Positions 61,382-64,000 of a stretch of 64,000 bases of DNA are shown here, piece by piece (the first letter of the stretch is position 1; each line of letters begins with the position of its first letter). A program made the position numbers and the translations under genes. Source of the stretch: Nitrospirota bacterium (GTDB lineage Bacteria > Nitrospirota > Nitrospiria > Nitrospirales > NS-4); NCBI GenBank assembly GCA_963788195.1, contig CAWBGA010000004.1, positions 64,001-128,000 of the forward strand, given 5' to 3'. The notes below the pieces were generated by a model, which saw only the letters and a program-made list of their open reading frames with translations, was not told the origin of the DNA and searched no databases.

Positions 61382-62323
61382 ATGAGGAGCCCAGTAGGAC
61401 GAATAGGAGTCCTGGCTTTAGGAATACTGCTCGTTTCGGCCACGGTTCCCGGCGCAGCAGAGCGGCAGTCCGGCCTTCAGCCTGAGACTCCAAAGGAACA
61501 GCAAGATCAGCAACGTAAGCTTCAGCAGCAGAATCTAGAAGAGAAGCAACGACTTCAAGGGCAGTCCGGTCAAGGGCGAGACGCCGATGTTCCATACACG
61601 GAAAACCAACCCATCGGCGGGCAAAAACAAGGCGGCCCGTCCGATTTCCCTCAACCCGCATTTCCGTGGGTCAAAGGCGAATTGATGCAGATCGAAGGTG
61701 ACTACTATGTCATCAGGGACGCTGAAGGAAAGGACATTCGGGTCCATGTGGACAAAGGGACAAAGATGGAAGACGCCGTGAAGGTCGGCGACTTCATCGA
61801 GGCCAAGCGGACCTTGCAGGGACATGCCGTGTCGATTCGGCAGGCGTCGAGCGCCCCGCAGAGTTCACCTTCAAGCGCGAGCTCCGGAACCGGGCGGGAT
61901 AAGCCGGTCAAAGATGAACAAGTGACGTTGGGTGGGGCCAAGCAAGCCATTCGTGGTGAAGTGCTCAAGGTCGATGGGCAGACCTATGTGGTGAAGGACG
62001 CCCACGGAAATGAGGTTCGGCTTGCGGTCAATCAGAATACACGTATGTTCTGCGGGGCGCAGACTGGTTCGAGCCTATTACCTGCACCGTCCGCAACTGA
62101 TAAGCCCGAGGGCAAAGGGCAGCCCCAAGACCTGGCCCGGACGGCCGAGCAACAAGGTTCCGAAGTGGGCCCGGGCACTAAACCCCAGGCCCGTGATTCA
62201 CAGGCCTCTGCGCAATGCCAGTTCAAACCAGGCGAGATGATCGAAGCTGAGGTGTCCGACATGGGTGCTGCGACGTTTATCAAACAGGCTGGTCGGGCCC
62301 AGCCGGGTCAACCTTTACCCTAG
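61382..62323 (+). CDS. Secreted protein with two DUF5666-like beta repeats
   Basis: AAGGAGG RBS, signal peptide, two GE..ki.G..YV..D..G..vR..V...T repeats. Confidence 0.7.
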   Translation: MRSPVGRIGVLALGILLVSATVPGAAERQSGLQPETPKEQQDQQRKLQQQNLEEKQRLQGQSGQGRDADVPYTENQPIGGQKQGGPSDFPQPAFPWVKGELMQIEGDYYVIRDAEGKDIRVHVDKGTKMEDAVKVGDFIEAKRTLQGHAVSIRQASSAPQSSPSSASSGTGRDKPVKDEQVTLGGAKQAIRGEVLKVDGQTYVVKDAHGNEVRLAVNQNTRMFCGAQTGSSLLPAPSATDKPEGKGQPQDLARTAEQQGSEVGPGTKPQARDSQASAQCQFKPGEMIEAEVSDMGAATFIKQAGRAQPGQPLP

Positions 62324-62408
62324 GAGAGGAGGATCTCCAAAGCGAAAGGGGAGTCATTAATGGAACGACATCCCCAAGCTCCTTGGATCTAGTCGAAAGG
62401 AGGAGCCC

Positions 62409-62993
62409 ATGAGAAGACAGACAATAACTTGGGTAATGGCGATCTTGATCCTCGGATGTGTCGGCATCATGCCGGTCTATGCAGCTGACCAGCCTACCGG
62501 CAGTTCAAAGGGTTCAAAGGCTCTCGACATACCCGGAAATATTCCACAAACCGGGGATGAGATTCTGGCAAAAAAAGATGCGGAGTTGCTGCGAGGCAAG
62601 TTAGTGAAAGTAGCCGACGAACTTTACACCCTCGAAACGTCGCCCGGTAGGCAAGTCAACATTCGGACGGGCAAAACCACCAAATTTGATGCCAACTATA
62701 AGGGCATTGAGGGTGATTGGGTAGAGATACTAGTGACTCCTGACCAGCATATTGTGACGCTTAAACGGTCGAGCCCGGCCTATACCGTTGAAGGAAATGT
62801 GCTTAAGGTGGAGAAAGACTTCTTTGTGGTCAAGGATCCGGCGGGGAAGGAGATCCGACTCAATACCGGATCGGGCACAAAGATCCAAGGAAATTACAAG
62901 GTCGGGGACCTGATTAGAGCTGAATTTACACCCGATGGACAGGCCCTGTCGATCAAGCCAGCCAAACCTCCGGTCGGTCCGGAAGGTGCGTAA
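62409..62993 (+). CDS. Secreted protein with two DUF5666-like beta repeats
   Basis: AAGGAGGAG RBS, signal peptide (VYA-A), same repeat (EGNVLKVEKDFFVVKDPAGKEIRL). Confidence 0.7.
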   Translation: MRRQTITWVMAILILGCVGIMPVYAADQPTGSSKGSKALDIPGNIPQTGDEILAKKDAELLRGKLVKVADELYTLETSPGRQVNIRTGKTTKFDANYKGIEGDWVEILVTPDQHIVTLKRSSPAYTVEGNVLKVEKDFFVVKDPAGKEIRLNTGSGTKIQGNYKVGDLIRAEFTPDGQALSIKPAKPPVGPEGA

Positions 62994-63001
62994 AAGGAGG
63001 C

Positions 63002-63967
63002 ATGGAAATGAACAGGCAAGCATTATTCATGACGCTGGCCGTGTTGACGAGCTTCGCAGGGGGCTGTGCCACTCAAACCGAGCAGACGGCTTCTTCGGAG
63101 TCGTCCGGATTGCGCTCCGAGAGGCAGCAGGAGCTGCGAGAAAGCGAGCAACGTCTTCAGCGGCAGAATCTTGAAGAGCGAAGACGACTTGAGGGTTCCA
63201 GCACCAAGCAACACAGTTCGACGGAAATTCCACCCTATAGCGAAAATCAACCGATCGGCGGTCAGCAACAGGCCGGCGCAGCGGATTTCCCACAACCCGC
63301 CTTCCCTTTCGTGAAGGGCGAGCTAGTCCAAATTGAGGGTGAATATTATGTCTTGCGGGACGCCGAAGGGAAAAATGTCCGGGTGCACGTGGATAAGCGC
63401 ACACAGATGGATGAAAAACTTCGCATAGGGGATACGGTGGAGGTGCAACGAACCTTGCCGGGGCACGCCATCTTTATGCGGCGCGCCTCAGAGCCCATGG
63501 CGTCTGGAGGGTCGAGCGCGAGTTCTGGCATTGGGTCCGGATCCGGTGATCGTCTGGTGAAGGATTCCCAGGTTACCTTGGGCGGTGCGAAACAAGTGGT
63601 ACGCGGAGAAGTTCTGCAGATCGATGGAGACAACTACTTGGTTCGGGACGGTCATGGCAATGAAGTCCGCCTTGCCGTGAACCAGAACACCCGCATATCC
63701 TGCGGTGGTGACATGGGGCTCTCGTCTTTACCGGCGCCTTCAGCGAGCGATAAACCGGGTACCAGTGGACAGCCTCAGGATCTTTCTCGCACTGCCGAAC
63801 AGCAAGGGTCAGAGGTGGGCCCGGGGACCCGCCCTGGAAGCGACACACGCGCGGCTGGACAATGCTTCAAGCCGGGAGAGTTGATCGAGGCTGAGATCTC
63901 AGATATGGGGGTCGCAACATTTGTCAAGCAAGCAGGGCGTCGTCAACCCGGTCAGGCGCTGCCATAA
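63002..63967 (+). CDS. Lipoprotein paralogue of 61382-62323
   Basis: AAGGAGG RBS, lipobox-like AGGC, long near-identical blocks (ENQPIGGQ, DFPQPAFP.VKGEL, QVTLGGAKQ, RTAEQQGSEVGPGT). Confidence 0.75.
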   Translation: MEMNRQALFMTLAVLTSFAGGCATQTEQTASSESSGLRSERQQELRESEQRLQRQNLEERRRLEGSSTKQHSSTEIPPYSENQPIGGQQQAGAADFPQPAFPFVKGELVQIEGEYYVLRDAEGKNVRVHVDKRTQMDEKLRIGDTVEVQRTLPGHAIFMRRASEPMASGGSSASSGIGSGSGDRLVKDSQVTLGGAKQVVRGEVLQIDGDNYLVRDGHGNEVRLAVNQNTRISCGGDMGLSSLPAPSASDKPGTSGQPQDLSRTAEQQGSEVGPGTRPGSDTRAAGQCFKPGELIEAEISDMGVATFVKQAGRRQPGQALP

Positions 63968-64000
63968 TGCGTCTCATGATTTGGGGAATAACCGACATGC

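Overview
This window is almost entirely coding and has no rRNA, tRNA, CRISPR array or IS element that I can recognise. Gene content suggests a Gram-negative environmental bacterium, plausibly Nitrospira-like (inference only). Bases 1-44067 are the continuation of a very large surface-polysaccharide locus: many GT2/GT4 glycosyltransferases, eight SAM methyltransferases, gmd with a perosamine-synthase-like aminotransferase, two AsnB amidotransferases, FemAB/GNAT proteins, a CapK-like ligase, a deacetylase, a Wzy/WaaL-like protein, a GtrA/B/C-like module and a UDP-sugar dehydrogenase. A discrete three-gene phosphonate cassette follows at 44334-47529: PEP mutase fused to a nucleotidyltransferase, an Fe(II)/2-oxoglutarate oxygenase and a cytidylyltransferase. 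No phosphonopyruvate decarboxylase or other known coupling enzyme is visible in the window. Directly downstream is a PEP-CTERM/exosortase protein-sorting system (47825-59189): exosortase, EpsI, split PrsK, PrsR, an acyltransferase-cNMP fusion, a THxN PEP-CTERM protein with sigma-54, enhancer-like and IHF sites, a CAAX protease and PrsT. The window ends with a ThDP pyruvate-oxidase-like gene and three tandem secreted beta-repeat paralogues. Two genes (wecB, prsK) carry apparent 1-bp frameshifts. The best candidate for an undescribed system is the decarboxylase-less phosphonate cassette tied to exosortase-associated glycan biosynthesis.
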